From: Candidatus Sericytochromatia bacterium
GTDB lineage: Bacteria > Cyanobacteriota > Sericytochromatia > S15B-MN24 > JAQBPE01
DNA length: 44,992 nucleotides
Direction of reading: 5' to 3'
Assembly (NCBI GenBank): GCA_040400605.1
Contig: JBBAPZ010000023.1
Location: 1-44,992 of the forward strand
The position numbers and the translations under genes were made by a program. The notes below the pieces were generated by a model. That model was not told where the DNA came from, ran no database searches, and saw nothing but the letters and a program-made list of their open reading frames with translations. How positions within the stretch are numbered: the stretch's first letter is position 1; every line of letters starts with the position of its first letter. Positions 1-10,169 of this stretch are shown here, piece by piece.

Positions 1-202
1 CACGCCTTTCAGCGGGTTCATAAGGTGATGAGCACAACCGGGGCGAAATCTCTGGCCCACCCATGAAGTTAAAAATTTTATTAACTAAAAAATAACAAAT
101 TTTTAACTGCAATACCTATGCAAAATTGTTCAGGAGTTGATAAGCAATCCCGATGACCTGTTGGGGCAGGGTTCGGTTTAAAAAAGCAAAGGAGCATCCT
201 TC

Positions 203-895
203 GTGTTAAGCAATTTGGCAGCCAATGCAAAAGCCGGTTTAAGGGGCACCAGAGCAAGCGTGCCCGAATTTTTCGGAGTAAGACCACGTCCATTGACGCT
301 CACTGCTGCTGGGGTGTTTGGTCAAGATATTACAGCGCTCAGCTATCGGCGAGAGATTGCGCTAAGAGATATTTTGACGCTCCCAACATATCGTCCGTCC
401 AGTTTCAAAGGGGCTGATATGCGTGCGCTTGATGCCCCCGGTATCGACTTGGGGATGTTCGATCTTGGGGGTGTGAAGCTCAATGGTGCGAAGTTGAACG
501 GTGGTGACCTGAGTACGTCCTATCTTGATGACGCTGTTCTAACAGATGGTCAATTTAATGGCGTCAACTTCTATGGTACGGATTTAAATGGAGCCGACAT
601 GCGTCGTGCGAGTTTTAGAGAAGCAGATTTCTTGTGTGCGGATCTACGCGGCGCCAGAGCTGCGGGGGCCGACTTTAGCGGTGCGAAGCTGATAGCGACT
701 CACCTCCCTGATCTACGACATGCGGAAATAGCAGGCGCCGAAATACAAGCAGGAGGTGGGCGGCGACTCACCCTGCGAAATTTCAAAGAGCGACCCAGCA
801 ATCAATTTAATCATCCGGCGGATAACCCTGACCGCCTCATCGTTGGCCCTAATGGTAGGGTCAATGCCAAGGTTGTCTCAAACCCCGCTCAATGA
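203..895 (+). CDS. Pentapeptide-repeat protein
   Basis: About 15 tandem A(D/N)LXX-type pentamers (GAKLN GGDLS ... GADMR RASFR EADFL CADLR GADFS). AAGGAG RBS precedes the GTG at 203. Confidence 0.8.
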   Translation: MLSNLAANAKAGLRGTRASVPEFFGVRPRPLTLTAAGVFGQDITALSYRREIALRDILTLPTYRPSSFKGADMRALDAPGIDLGMFDLGGVKLNGAKLNGGDLSTSYLDDAVLTDGQFNGVNFYGTDLNGADMRRASFREADFLCADLRGARAAGADFSGAKLIATHLPDLRHAEIAGAEIQAGGGRRLTLRNFKERPSNQFNHPADNPDRLIVGPNGRVNAKVVSNPAQ

Positions 896-960
896 GTACC
901 ACACAATCCAATCGTCGGATATACAGGAAGAAACCTGCTCAAGACGTCGGTCAGTATCCA

Positions 961-999
961 CCTTTCAGCGTCAAATCGTTGCGATTTGACGCTGAAAGG
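961..999. terminator. Perfect 18-bp inverted repeat, possible bidirectional terminator
   Basis: CCTTTCAGCGTCAAATCG-ttg-CGATTTGACGCTGAAAGG lies between convergent genes. It has no U-tract. Confidence 0.55.
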
Positions 1000-1206
1000 A
1001 TTGTATTGGAACGCTTGGTACAATTCGTTTAGATCAACTCGACGTGACCGGGTGCTTCACCGATATCGGTTTCAAGCGGATCCGGCATCACGGATGCGAA
1101 CACTAACTGTGGGTACTGCCGTCAAGTCGAATGAGAGAGCCCCTGTGTGACACCCGGAAACGAGTTACGCAACGGCAAAACAAACCAGGTATACAAATCG
1201 GTCTAC

Positions 1207-2208
1207 TTATTCTTTTTCCAGAATCGGCAATGGGTCTAGCGCGCGAATACCCGTGAAATCCAACCGAGGAATTTCGCCTGCCTCCGGACGCCGGATCGTT
1301 TCAACGAAACTGATCGTGCGGTGATTGGGCTTGCTTGCCGTAAACCGTAAAGGCATATCCACCGGCACACGGGTTTCATACCCACCTTGCCTGGACAGTA
1401 CCGCCTCCTTGAAAGAATCTTGCGGGCCCTCACTTTCGATGCGGACGATCGCCCGCGGCAATGCCCGGCCCATCGTATCTTCCACACGCCCCGACACCTT
1501 CACCAGCACTGGGACGCCAACCCCGGGCGTCGCGCCATTATTTTTACGCAACGCGTACACACCACTAAAATCCATCTGCCAGTTGCCCTTCAGGTTCAAG
1601 GCACGCGACACGGTTTGGCAACCCTCCAGAATCGCGCTGACTTTCAATGGGGTTTGTAACGGCAATCCTTCGATGCGATACTCCCCCACTTTGTTGCTGT
1701 TTGCCATCGCCACTGCCAAACCCATCGGCGTTTCCACATACAGGGTCACGTTGGCCAAGCGACTGCCAGTTTCATCACTGACCCGACCCCGTAGCAGGGC
1801 CGTGGGGCTGGCGCTGGCACGGGGCGTGGGGGTGGTTTGGGGGTTCGGGCTGGGCGCGGGTGATGATGACCGCTCGGGACGCGGATTCAAACTAACCGTT
1901 TTGGCGATCGCCACACCTGGCACCAAGCTGACATTGAGGCTGGTCGCCTGATAATCCTTGTGCTGAATCCCAAGCGTATAGGTGTCGGCTTTGAGATTCA
2001 GACGCACCTGCCCCGTCGCACCGGTGCGACGGGGAATCTGACCCGGAACGATCACCAGTGCTTCCGCCACCCCTTGATTCGAGCGGGCGTCAAGCACCTG
2101 AAGGTCAAGGTCCGCCCGGCCCCCGTTGCTGGTGCCGCACCCAAGGCCAAACAAGGTCAGGAATGACACGCTTGCAAGCAACCGTTGATAACGTTTCCGG
2201 CAGGCCAT
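1207..2208 (-). CDS. Lipoprotein with three carboxypeptidase-regulatory-like (transthyretin-fold) domains
   Basis: Lipobox GLGC. Three modules of the type (G)RVxDxxGxxLxxAxV ... GxY/V, with a Pro/Ser/Thr linker after the first. Confidence 0.75.
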   Translation of the reverse strand: MACRKRYQRLLASVSFLTLFGLGCGTSNGGRADLDLQVLDARSNQGVAEALVIVPGQIPRRTGATGQVRLNLKADTYTLGIQHKDYQATSLNVSLVPGVAIAKTVSLNPRPERSSSPAPSPNPQTTPTPRASASPTALLRGRVSDETGSRLANVTLYVETPMGLAVAMANSNKVGEYRIEGLPLQTPLKVSAILEGCQTVSRALNLKGNWQMDFSGVYALRKNNGATPGVGVPVLVKVSGRVEDTMGRALPRAIVRIESEGPQDSFKEAVLSRQGGYETRVPVDMPLRFTASKPNHRTISFVETIRRPEAGEIPRLDFTGIRALDPLPILEKE

Positions 2209-2220
2209 GATGACGCCTGG

Positions 2221-3177
2221 TTACTCCTTCCAGTTCAGTTGATAGGCCAAGTCATCCAGGATGCTATGGGCACAGACGCCCTTGGCAATCTCAGCACCAA
2301 AACCGAGGGCCGCGATTCCCAAAAGTTCGGTGTTGGTCAAGGGGGTTCCAGCAACATCTTGCACAAATTGCAGCGGGCATGGCCAATTCGGTGTCATTTG
2401 CACGGGCGGGGTGGGACAAACCGTGATGACGTCATCCAGGATGTCACCATCGCCCGCCGCGGGCGTCTTGCTGTCATAGGCCCAGCGGAAGTCAGCCGCC
2501 AGGTTGCGTTTGACGGTCTCCGGCTTGATGCGTTGCAGTGCCGCTTCGCCACAAGGTTGATTGAGGCCGAGGCTTTTGTTGAGCACAACCGTGCGCAGGG
2601 GCACAGCGCCATCGTAAAGCGTCAGGTTGCCCTTCAAGACCGTACCAGGGCACAGTTGATTGCTCCAGGCATACGCGATTGCCCGGTTTCCGGAGCGGGT
2701 GGCTGCGACAAAAACGACCGACAGGAAGAGTGAGGGGTCTACGCTGGCTGCGCCATTCACCCCCCATTTGAAAGACACGAACGCTTGCTTTGCGAGTTGG
2801 CGCTTGTTCTCCGGCCCGCGTTCGAAAGAGGCATCCTCGGCATCAAGTTCCGCGACAAGCATGCCTTTATGCGGTTTGTTACTGGCCGTTCCGAGAATTT
2901 CCTGGACGGCTGAACCGGTCATCGTCGAACGCACAGTCGTGAAGGTAACCGGATTGAAAAACGGGTGTTGCACCGGCCCGAGGTAATCATAACGTCGCTC
3001 GGTCGTGTCAAAATTGTCCAGCGTCACCCAACGTTCGCCATCCAGCGTGCGGAGAGTGGCGTTTGCTCGCGGAGTTGATACGCTCCGCGTTTGCCCCGGC
3101 AACTGCGCGCAGGCCTCCAGCAACAGGCAGGTCGTCGCGATAAGTCCAAGTTGTCGAAATCGTGGCGAAATGGGCAC
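2221..3177 (-). CDS. Hypothetical lipoprotein, DUF3047-like
   Basis: GAGGAGG RBS precedes the GTG at 3177. Lipobox LEAC. The segments AIAYAWSNQLCPGT, LRTVVL and KRNLAADFRWAY resemble DUF3047 by eye. Confidence 0.6.
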   Translation of the reverse strand: MPISPRFRQLGLIATTCLLLEACAQLPGQTRSVSTPRANATLRTLDGERWVTLDNFDTTERRYDYLGPVQHPFFNPVTFTTVRSTMTGSAVQEILGTASNKPHKGMLVAELDAEDASFERGPENKRQLAKQAFVSFKWGVNGAASVDPSLFLSVVFVAATRSGNRAIAYAWSNQLCPGTVLKGNLTLYDGAVPLRTVVLNKSLGLNQPCGEAALQRIKPETVKRNLAADFRWAYDSKTPAAGDGDILDDVITVCPTPPVQMTPNWPCPLQFVQDVAGTPLTNTELLGIAALGFGAEIAKGVCAHSILDDLAYQLNWKE

Positions 3178-3196
3178 GATGTCCCTCCTCCGTGCG

Positions 3197-4021
3197 TTAT
3201 GGAACAATGGCTGCGGGGACGGGTAAGAACTCGCGCCAGTCGGCTGCGTCTTTGAAATAGCCGTAGTCGTCCATTTCGCCGGAGGCGCGGTAGCAAACGA
3301 AGAAGGGCGTGCGGTTCAGGCGTTTGTAGAGGATGAGTTCGGCGTCATCGCCTGTGTCGTTGTAGCGATCGCGCAAAATGTCCCTATACAATCCTCGGCG
3401 TGCCACATAATAGGACACCCCACTGCTTCGACGCGCCAACGCTTGCCCGTCCGCCAACCATTGCTCGAAGCTGATGGGCCGGGGCCAGATGCCATTGGGC
3501 AATCCTTGGGAGTTTACTCGCCGTTGAAACGTTTGAGATGCGCTTTGGCGATCGCTCCACCGCAACCGCTCCGCCGGCACCCGGTTAATGATCGCGATCT
3601 GCATCCGTACATTGCTTGCCGCATTGCGCCCGGCTTCGTAGCCAAAGTCCTCCAGCACCTGCAAAAACTTGTTCATGGCTGCTTCTGGATCCGGTTTGGC
3701 AGGCACACCAGAATTGGAAGGCGTGGTCGGTGTCGGTTTGGGCAAAGGACGTAAAGTCCCCACGACAGGTTTCGGGGCCGGTGGCAGCGTCGCGATGGGC
3801 CTGGGCGGCACGCCAATTGGCCCCGGTTGCAAAGGCTGCGTTGGATCCAGCACCGGATCAGGGTCCAACGGGTAGTCCGGATCCGCGGGCGGATTCTCTG
3901 ATACCGGCTGCTCCGGATTCACCCCAGCCTGAGAACCCCAACCACAACCACTCAGCAAGCCCAACGTGACCAGGCCCGCGCCCAATAATCGCTTCCACGA
4001 CCCATTCACCGGTTGACGCAC
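3197..4021 (-). CDS. Hypothetical lipoprotein with Pro-rich linker
   Basis: GGAGG precedes the GTG at 4021 (ORF open to 4033). Lipobox LSGC, then a ~75-aa Pro-rich stalk and an unrecognised globular domain. Confidence 0.7.
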   Translation of the reverse strand: MRQPVNGSWKRLLGAGLVTLGLLSGCGWGSQAGVNPEQPVSENPPADPDYPLDPDPVLDPTQPLQPGPIGVPPRPIATLPPAPKPVVGTLRPLPKPTPTTPSNSGVPAKPDPEAAMNKFLQVLEDFGYEAGRNAASNVRMQIAIINRVPAERLRWSDRQSASQTFQRRVNSQGLPNGIWPRPISFEQWLADGQALARRSSGVSYYVARRGLYRDILRDRYNDTGDDAELILYKRLNRTPFFVCYRASGEMDDYGYFKDAADWREFLPVPAAIVP

Positions 4022-4464
4022 CCCGACCTCCATCCGGCCATACAGCGAGGCCCCGCTTGTGATATAGATACGATGGTCTCAAGACTTGCCTAAATTGAGC
4101 TTAAATGATGGATGTAATCATCGTTTAGCTGTTTGCCGTTAGAATTAGGTGCGTGGCGCTTGCTTCTGTTCGCTGACTGATGGATGGAATCATGCAGCAG
4201 GCGGCACATGATGTCCGTTCAAAACGAACATGTGCGATGGCTGGCTGGGTTTGAGCGTTGATTGTGTCAGTGTGCGAAGCGCTTGGTGCCATTCCCTGAC
4301 GCAATGGCGTAAGATTGGCGCGGCAAGCGTAACGTTTTGATCCCAATCAAAAGGTGGTGCGTGTTTTTTGAGACATGTGACGCGGGTGATCGGCGCTTGC
4401 TGTTTCTCACGCGCAGATGAATGCCTGGCTGGGAGTTGTCGGAGAAAAGGGGAAAAGCCAAACG

Positions 4465-5310
4465 ATGCCTGAGTTACCCGAAGTGGAGACGGTTGCGCGT
4501 GATCTGGCGGTGTTGCTGGCCGATGGCGTCATTGAAGGGGTTGGGCACCTGGGCTGGCCCAAGGTGATCCAGTCACCATCCGTTGCCGCGTTTGAGCAAG
4601 GAATTGCCGGAAAACGGGTAATAGGCGTTGCCAGACGGGCCAAGTGGGTGTTGATTCACTTGGATGGTGCGAAGACTTTGGCCGTTCATTTGCGCATGTC
4701 GGGTGCGTTGCTGGTTGTTCCGGCGGAGACGGCAATGGATTGCCACACTCACCTTGTTTTGGCGCTTGCGGGGGGTCGACAGTTGCGTTTTCGGGATGTG
4801 CGCAAATTTGGTCGGGTGCAATTGCTGGGTCCTGACGGTTTGACGTTGCTTGACGCCGCGCACGGTGTCGAACCGTTGAGCGAGGCGTTTACGGTTGCGT
4901 CTTTGGCTGGGTGCCTGTCGCGCAGTGGGGTGCGTCTTAAAGCGTTTTTGTTGGATCAACGCATCATCGCGGGGTTGGGGAACATTTATGTGGATGAGGC
5001 ATTGTTTTGGGCTTCCTTGCACCCTTTGCGCGTGGCTCGGAGCTTGACTGAGGGGGAGGTCACGGCGTTGCATGCGGCCATCAGGCAGGTGTTGCGGCAA
5101 GCGATCGCCTGGGGAGGCAGCACGTTTCGGGATTATCGCAACGGCTATGGCAAAATTGGCGGCAACCAGGTTCACTTTAGCGTGTACCGTCAGACCGGTA
5201 AACCCTGTTCACGTTGCGGCACGGCGATCCAGCGGATCCTCGTTGCGCAACGGGGCACCCATTTTTGTCTAACGTGTCAGCCTGTGCCCTCTGGCGAACA
5301 GACGGGGTGA
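4465..5310 (+). CDS. mutM: Formamidopyrimidine-DNA glycosylase
   Basis: N-terminal MPELPEVE, HLRMSG, H2TH motif AGLGNIYVDEALF, and C4 zinc finger CSRC...CLTCQ. Confidence 0.97.
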   Translation: MPELPEVETVARDLAVLLADGVIEGVGHLGWPKVIQSPSVAAFEQGIAGKRVIGVARRAKWVLIHLDGAKTLAVHLRMSGALLVVPAETAMDCHTHLVLALAGGRQLRFRDVRKFGRVQLLGPDGLTLLDAAHGVEPLSEAFTVASLAGCLSRSGVRLKAFLLDQRIIAGLGNIYVDEALFWASLHPLRVARSLTEGEVTALHAAIRQVLRQAIAWGGSTFRDYRNGYGKIGGNQVHFSVYRQTGKPCSRCGTAIQRILVAQRGTHFCLTCQPVPSGEQTG

Positions 5311-5820
5311 GCACCCTGACCAGGGACCTTGGCTATACAGAAACGTGTTCATTGGTGAACAACTGTTCGTTGTTGATGAATAACAGCAGGTGAGGGCCTG
5401 ATGTTGTTGAGTTTGCTACACAAATTTCGAACAAAAACCTATGCGTTACTGTATCGCGATTCCCCAATCATGCCTTGGCAGTGTGTCAGGCCAGTCGATG
5501 CGCCTTGCAATGCGCCGTGTCGTTCGAAGGGCAGGTTTGTCAGACACTGTGTCCGCTTTGGGCCGTCTGAGGCGGTATGCCTTTAACGGTGTCCAAGAAA
5601 GCCAGGTCTCCGATTAAACCGGTGTTTTGTGCGAAAGGGCTTGTGCGCGAAGCATAGGGCAAGGGTTGCCGGGTTGTGTTAGCGTGCGAGGCGAGCTTGT
5701 CGGTTCTTGCCGTTGTGATTGACCTTGAGAATGCTTGTTGTGTTCGCATCACTGGAATCATCGTGTCAGTTGATGCCCCAACCATTTTTTCTGGGACCGG
5801 CTTGGAATTGAAATGGAGGC

Positions 5821-7167
5821 GTGATGCAAAAGACCAATTTTTTGTTGTCCTTGGCGGCGCTGGCCACCTCGCTTGTAATGGCGTGTCAAGATAACACACC
5901 GTCTCAGGCAACGGCGGACGGCGGTGAGGTGGGTGTTCCGGACAAGGGCAGCCTCATTTATGATTTGCCATTTGACCAGCAGGATTATCGTTTGCACAGC
6001 CGGTATCAGTTGCAGGCGCTGGGGGATTTGGTGCCGGTTGCTGTCAGTGCGGATTCCGAGTTGAGTGTGTTTGTCAAAGAACGGGTGATCGATCGCAACT
6101 TGGGCACCCAATGGGCCAGCGGCGTTTACCGCGGTCGAACAGCCTGGCTAGCCATGGACTTCGGCGTCCGCCAAGCCATCAGCAATGTGGCCATTAAAAC
6201 TGGCCCCACCGCGCCTGGTTGCTCCTATGACATCGAAGTATCGGATACCGGTACAACTTTCACCCCCGTAATGCGCAATGTAACCAACACGACGTGGAAC
6301 CTCGAAACCAAAACCCTTCCAACCGTCACGAATGCCCGCTATGTGCGCATTTTCTGGCGCAATAACCCCACTGCACCAGCCAACCGCTTCGCCATTTACG
6401 AAATGTTGCTGCGTGGCGAGCAAGCGGCGAGCGCAACGCCTGGCACGACGCCATCACCGTCCACGAGCGCTCAGCCCTCAACCCTTGCCTCCGCATCGGC
6501 TTCCGCTACCCCGGTGCCATCGCCCAGTGCATCGAGTTTTGCGAGTCAGTATTACCCGAATTTGCAGGCACGACCGGCGACCAGTCTGTGGTTGCAGCAA
6601 GTGAACGGCCAGCGTTCTGTGCGTTTTGCCAATACCATTCCCAATCAAGGGGGCGGCCATTTTCAGGTTCGCGGGGATAACAGTTCGGGCACCACAACTG
6701 AGGCTTACCAAGAGATCATCAACGATGTGGGCAGAGTCTTTGAAACACGCTTCGTGGGTGCTTTTGAATACCACCCAACCCACAATCACATGCACCTTGA
6801 CAGCGTGGCCCGTTATCAATTGCGGGCGGAATCGCCAACTGGGCCGCTGCTTGCTGAAAGCAGCAAGGTCAGTTATTGCATGATGGACAGCATTCGCTAC
6901 TATCCCAATGCCCCGGCCGCACGATACGGTGGCTGCAATGATACATTGCAAGGAATTACCCGCTTTTGGGGCGATGTCTACGGCAGCACCCTGGATGGTC
7001 AGTCTTTGTCGGTTGATGGGCTGGCTTCGGGCACCTATTACATCATTACGATTTATGATCCACTCAACAAGTTTGTTGACACGAACCGTCGCGATGACGT
7101 CGCCTGGACCAAAATTGGCCTTGACATGACCGGATTCAGGGTCACGGTGCAAGGGACCTCGGGCTAA
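5821..7167 (+). CDS. Lipoprotein with F5/8C (discoidin) and lysyl-oxidase-like domains
   Basis: Lipobox VMAC. Discoidin motifs IDRNLGTQW, WLAMDFG and ARYVRI. S/P/A linker. LOX motifs YHPTHNHMH, SKVSYCMMDS, QGITRFWGDVY and GTYYI..DP.NKF.D. Confidence 0.85.
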   Translation: MMQKTNFLLSLAALATSLVMACQDNTPSQATADGGEVGVPDKGSLIYDLPFDQQDYRLHSRYQLQALGDLVPVAVSADSELSVFVKERVIDRNLGTQWASGVYRGRTAWLAMDFGVRQAISNVAIKTGPTAPGCSYDIEVSDTGTTFTPVMRNVTNTTWNLETKTLPTVTNARYVRIFWRNNPTAPANRFAIYEMLLRGEQAASATPGTTPSPSTSAQPSTLASASASATPVPSPSASSFASQYYPNLQARPATSLWLQQVNGQRSVRFANTIPNQGGGHFQVRGDNSSGTTTEAYQEIINDVGRVFETRFVGAFEYHPTHNHMHLDSVARYQLRAESPTGPLLAESSKVSYCMMDSIRYYPNAPAARYGGCNDTLQGITRFWGDVYGSTLDGQSLSVDGLASGTYYIITIYDPLNKFVDTNRRDDVAWTKIGLDMTGFRVTVQGTSG

Positions 7168-7227
7168 GCGTGGCCACAGCCGCAACAGGAACGGAAACCT
7201 GAGCGTCACTGGGTGATGCTCGCACGC

Positions 7228-8460
7228 TCAAGGCGCATCGAGTATGTCAGCGCCCAAAATATCAGTCAGTTGATCCAATGCCCAAAGCAAATCACACTCT
7301 TCAATGACCAGTGGCGGGGCGAATCGAATCACCTTTTGATGGGTTTCCTTGCACAAGACACCCCGGCTCCAAAGTGCCTCACAATAGGGCCTAGCCGGGG
7401 TGTTCAACTCAATGCCCACCATGAGGCCTTTGCCGCGCACCGCTACCACCACCGGACTTTCCATCGCCCGGAGGCGCTCGAAAACAATTTGCCCGAGCCG
7501 TTCGGCACGCTGGGGCAACTGCTCGTGTTCGATGACTTCGAGCGCTGCGATCGCCACCGCACAACCGAGCGGATTACCACCGAATGTTGAGCCGTGATCA
7601 CCCGGACGAAAAACCCCCATCACTTCAGCGTTCGTCAGCATCGCCGACACCGGATAAAACCCGCCAGACAACGCCTTGCCCAAAATCAACACATCCGGCA
7701 CGATGCCATCGTGCTCAAATGCAAACAACTTGCCCGTCCGACCCAACCCGGTTTGAATCTCATCAACCATCAACAATACGCGCGATGCCTTGCAAACTGC
7801 AGCCGCTTCCTTCAAGAAACCCTCAGCCGGCACGATGATCCCCGCTTCTCCCTGGATGGGCTCCACCAAAAACGCCACCGTATTCGGTGTGATGGCAGCT
7901 TGCAGCGCCGCCGCATCGCCATAGGGAATCACTTTGAACCCGGGCGTGAAGGGACCGAACCCATCCCGATACTGCGGTTCCGTGGACGCGCTCACAATCG
8001 TGGTGGTACGACCATGGAAATTATCCGAACAAACAATGATTTCCGCTTGGTCCGCAGGCACGCCCTTGACCCGATAGCCCCATTTGCGGGCCGCCTTCAT
8101 CGCCGTTTCGACAGCCTCGGCACCCGTATTCATCGGTAACACCTTGGCCATTCCGGTCAACGCCGTCAACTTTCGATAAAAACGACCGAGTTGATCATTG
8201 TGAAACGCCCGCGACGTCAACGTCACTTTCGACGCCTGTTGCACCATCGCCGCCAGAATGCGCGGATGCGCATGCCCCTGATTGACCGCCGAGTAAGCAC
8301 TCAAGCAGTCCAAGTAGCGACGGCCATCCACATCTGTCACCCAAGCCCCACTGGCTTGAGCAATCACCAACCCGAGCGGGTGGTAATTGTGCGCGCCCAA
8401 CTCATCTTCGAGCTGGATCAGATCGTTGCCCCGCAGGGCTTGATGCACGTGTGTATTCAT
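7228..8460 (-). CDS. rocD: Ornithine--oxo-acid transaminase
   Basis: [57 protein letters not shown] (PLP lysine) and HGSTFGGNP. The ORF is open to 8505. Confidence 0.95.
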   Translation of the reverse strand: MNTHVHQALRGNDLIQLEDELGAHNYHPLGLVIAQASGAWVTDVDGRRYLDCLSAYSAVNQGHAHPRILAAMVQQASKVTLTSRAFHNDQLGRFYRKLTALTGMAKVLPMNTGAEAVETAMKAARKWGYRVKGVPADQAEIIVCSDNFHGRTTTIVSASTEPQYRDGFGPFTPGFKVIPYGDAAALQAAITPNTVAFLVEPIQGEAGIIVPAEGFLKEAAAVCKASRVLLMVDEIQTGLGRTGKLFAFEHDGIVPDVLILGKALSGGFYPVSAMLTNAEVMGVFRPGDHGSTFGGNPLGCAVAIAALEVIEHEQLPQRAERLGQIVFERLRAMESPVVVAVRGKGLMVGIELNTPARPYCEALWSRGVLCKETHQKVIRFAPPLVIEECDLLWALDQLTDILGADILDAP

Positions 8461-8697
8461 AACCCCATTATACTTGTCAGGCGTATTTTTAAGAACCCCC
8501 GCCACGATCGGTTCTCACCTCTGAAACAAACATTTAACAGACCATCAACCAGGCAGGTGGCTAGGAGAGCACAGACCAACAGCCAAGCGAGGGAATGAGG
8601 GAGGGAAGACAACGCTCAGGCCGCCTGGCTGCTGCGCGTGGATTGATGCGTGGTACAGTTCGGTGGGGTGTGTCGGCTGACAACGGGGGGTGCGGCG

Positions 8698-8991
8698 GTG
8701 ATCATTGGCAGTGTGCAGGTCGAACTGGAACTGACTGACATCGGGTCGCTCAAAGACAAGCGTTCGATTGTCAAACCGTTGATTCTCAAGTTGATGCAAA
8801 AGTTTACACTCCACGCCGCCGAAGTGGACCAACTGGATGTTCATCACGCCGCGACCATTGGCCTCGTGCTGTGCGGCAATGATCAACAACACCTCAACTC
8901 GGTGCTGTCAAAGGCCGTCAACTGGCTCGAAGAACATCAATTCGACGCCCACGTCGCCCACGTCAGCTTCGAATTCACCCACGCCCATTGA
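8698..8991 (+). CDS. DUF503 (YlxP) family protein
   Basis: SLKDKRSIVK ... F...AAEVDQLD.H motif. GTG start at 8698. Confidence 0.88.
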   Translation: MIIGSVQVELELTDIGSLKDKRSIVKPLILKLMQKFTLHAAEVDQLDVHHAATIGLVLCGNDQQHLNSVLSKAVNWLEEHQFDAHVAHVSFEFTHAH

Positions 8992-8998
8992 CTGCGCC

Positions 8999-9421
8999 TC
9001 AATGCGCTGAACAACCCTTGTTACCACCTTGAACCGGCCGGACCCCCGTTTTGGCGTTGAATGCGTCACTTAGCAGTTTGGTGTACAACTGATCGGCTAC
9101 ATCATTCAGCGGTTGCTGTGAACGCGCATAAGCTAGCAAAGGCGCCTCGCGGCCGCTGTGCGTTGCCGCATCAATTGTCACAACGAACAGGTAAACCAGC
9201 GCCGCAGCCCGTTCACCGACGGGACGCATCGCCGCAAGGTCCGTCCGCAGCGATCGCCCAAGTACCGCCCCCGTATCCAAATACTCCTCCAACACAGCCA
9301 CACCAAGCGGCACCTCATTATCTGAAAACTGACCTTGCCTGGCTGCCAGCAACTCCCGCCAAGCCATCAACGCCGGAAACTCAACCCGTGAACCCATCAA
9401 AACCCATCCCCCCTCACTCAC
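8999..9421 (-). CDS. Hypothetical helical protein
   Basis: 140-aa ORF with protein-like composition and a G-rich RBS before the alternative ATG at 9397. No family recognised. Confidence 0.55.
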   Translation of the reverse strand: MSEGGWVLMGSRVEFPALMAWRELLAARQGQFSDNEVPLGVAVLEEYLDTGAVLGRSLRTDLAAMRPVGERAAALVYLFVVTIDAATHSGREAPLLAYARSQQPLNDVADQLYTKLLSDAFNAKTGVRPVQGGNKGCSAH

Positions 9422-10008
9422 CCTTTGTCCCCCCGTGCACCAGCAGCCAAATACGCTACCGAACCATCACGCACTGGCTACTCGGATCTGTCCCGCGTGC
9501 GCCAACAAAGGGCATTCGACAACTCACGGCGAAAATCCTGAAAACCAAGTCCTCGACTGATCAACAAAAATTTTCGAACCATAAAACATTCTGGACCAGT
9601 TTACAGGCAAGCTACCCTGAAACCAGTATCCAAACGACGTTTCACACACCTGCCAATCTTCTGAAATATCAGACAAGCGCAACAGCGAAATGCTTGCAAC
9701 CCCTGCATCATACCCGTCAAACTTCGTCTACCCAGAATTTGACCCTTCGCTGCACCACATTCCGCAAATCACAATCGCGCGCAGCGTCGGGGACGTACCG
9801 GCAGTCGGGTGGTCGCGACACGTCAGTTCCAGCGTCCACAACTCGTCTCATCGTCAATGAGATATATCCACTTCACGAAACGGGCTGTTGCGGTGATACC
9901 CAAACAGGCATCATCAGTGTGTTTCAACTATTTTTTGTGCACGTGACGTGTCGAACGGGCATTGATACCTGAAACGGTTGTTTTTAACTGTTTTAGGTGC
10001 ATATCGGA

Positions 10009-10046
10009 TTGACCCCCGTTTACATTTTTTGTATACTGGTCAGTAT
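10009..10046 (+). promoter_or_regulatory. Sigma70-type promoter with overlapping palindromic operator
   Basis: TTGACC (10009-14), a 17-nt spacer, then TATACT (10032-37). The palindrome ATACTG-GT-CAGTAT (10033-46) overlaps the -10. Confidence 0.6.
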
Positions 10047-10169
10047 CGACGGTTGATGTTGACGGCCTGTTTGGGTGCAGATGTGCCGTATTTGTGCGAC
10101 TTGCCTGTTGGGTGGGCACCGATGCGGTGCCAGGGCTTTCGGGCCTTGTGATGCGTTCGGAGGGGTGAG

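Noticed and set aside
5356..5369. GAAC-N4-GTTC (Cheo/LexA-like box)
   Set aside because: It is a single copy downstream of mutM and about 450 bp from the next start. No matching box precedes mutM, the helicase or SNF2, so it is likely chance.
9061..9972. 303-aa plus-strand ORF
   Set aside because: It is Thr/Gln/Pro/His-rich with no motifs and overlaps the minus-strand gene. The local C/A skew, which suppresses stop codons, explains it.
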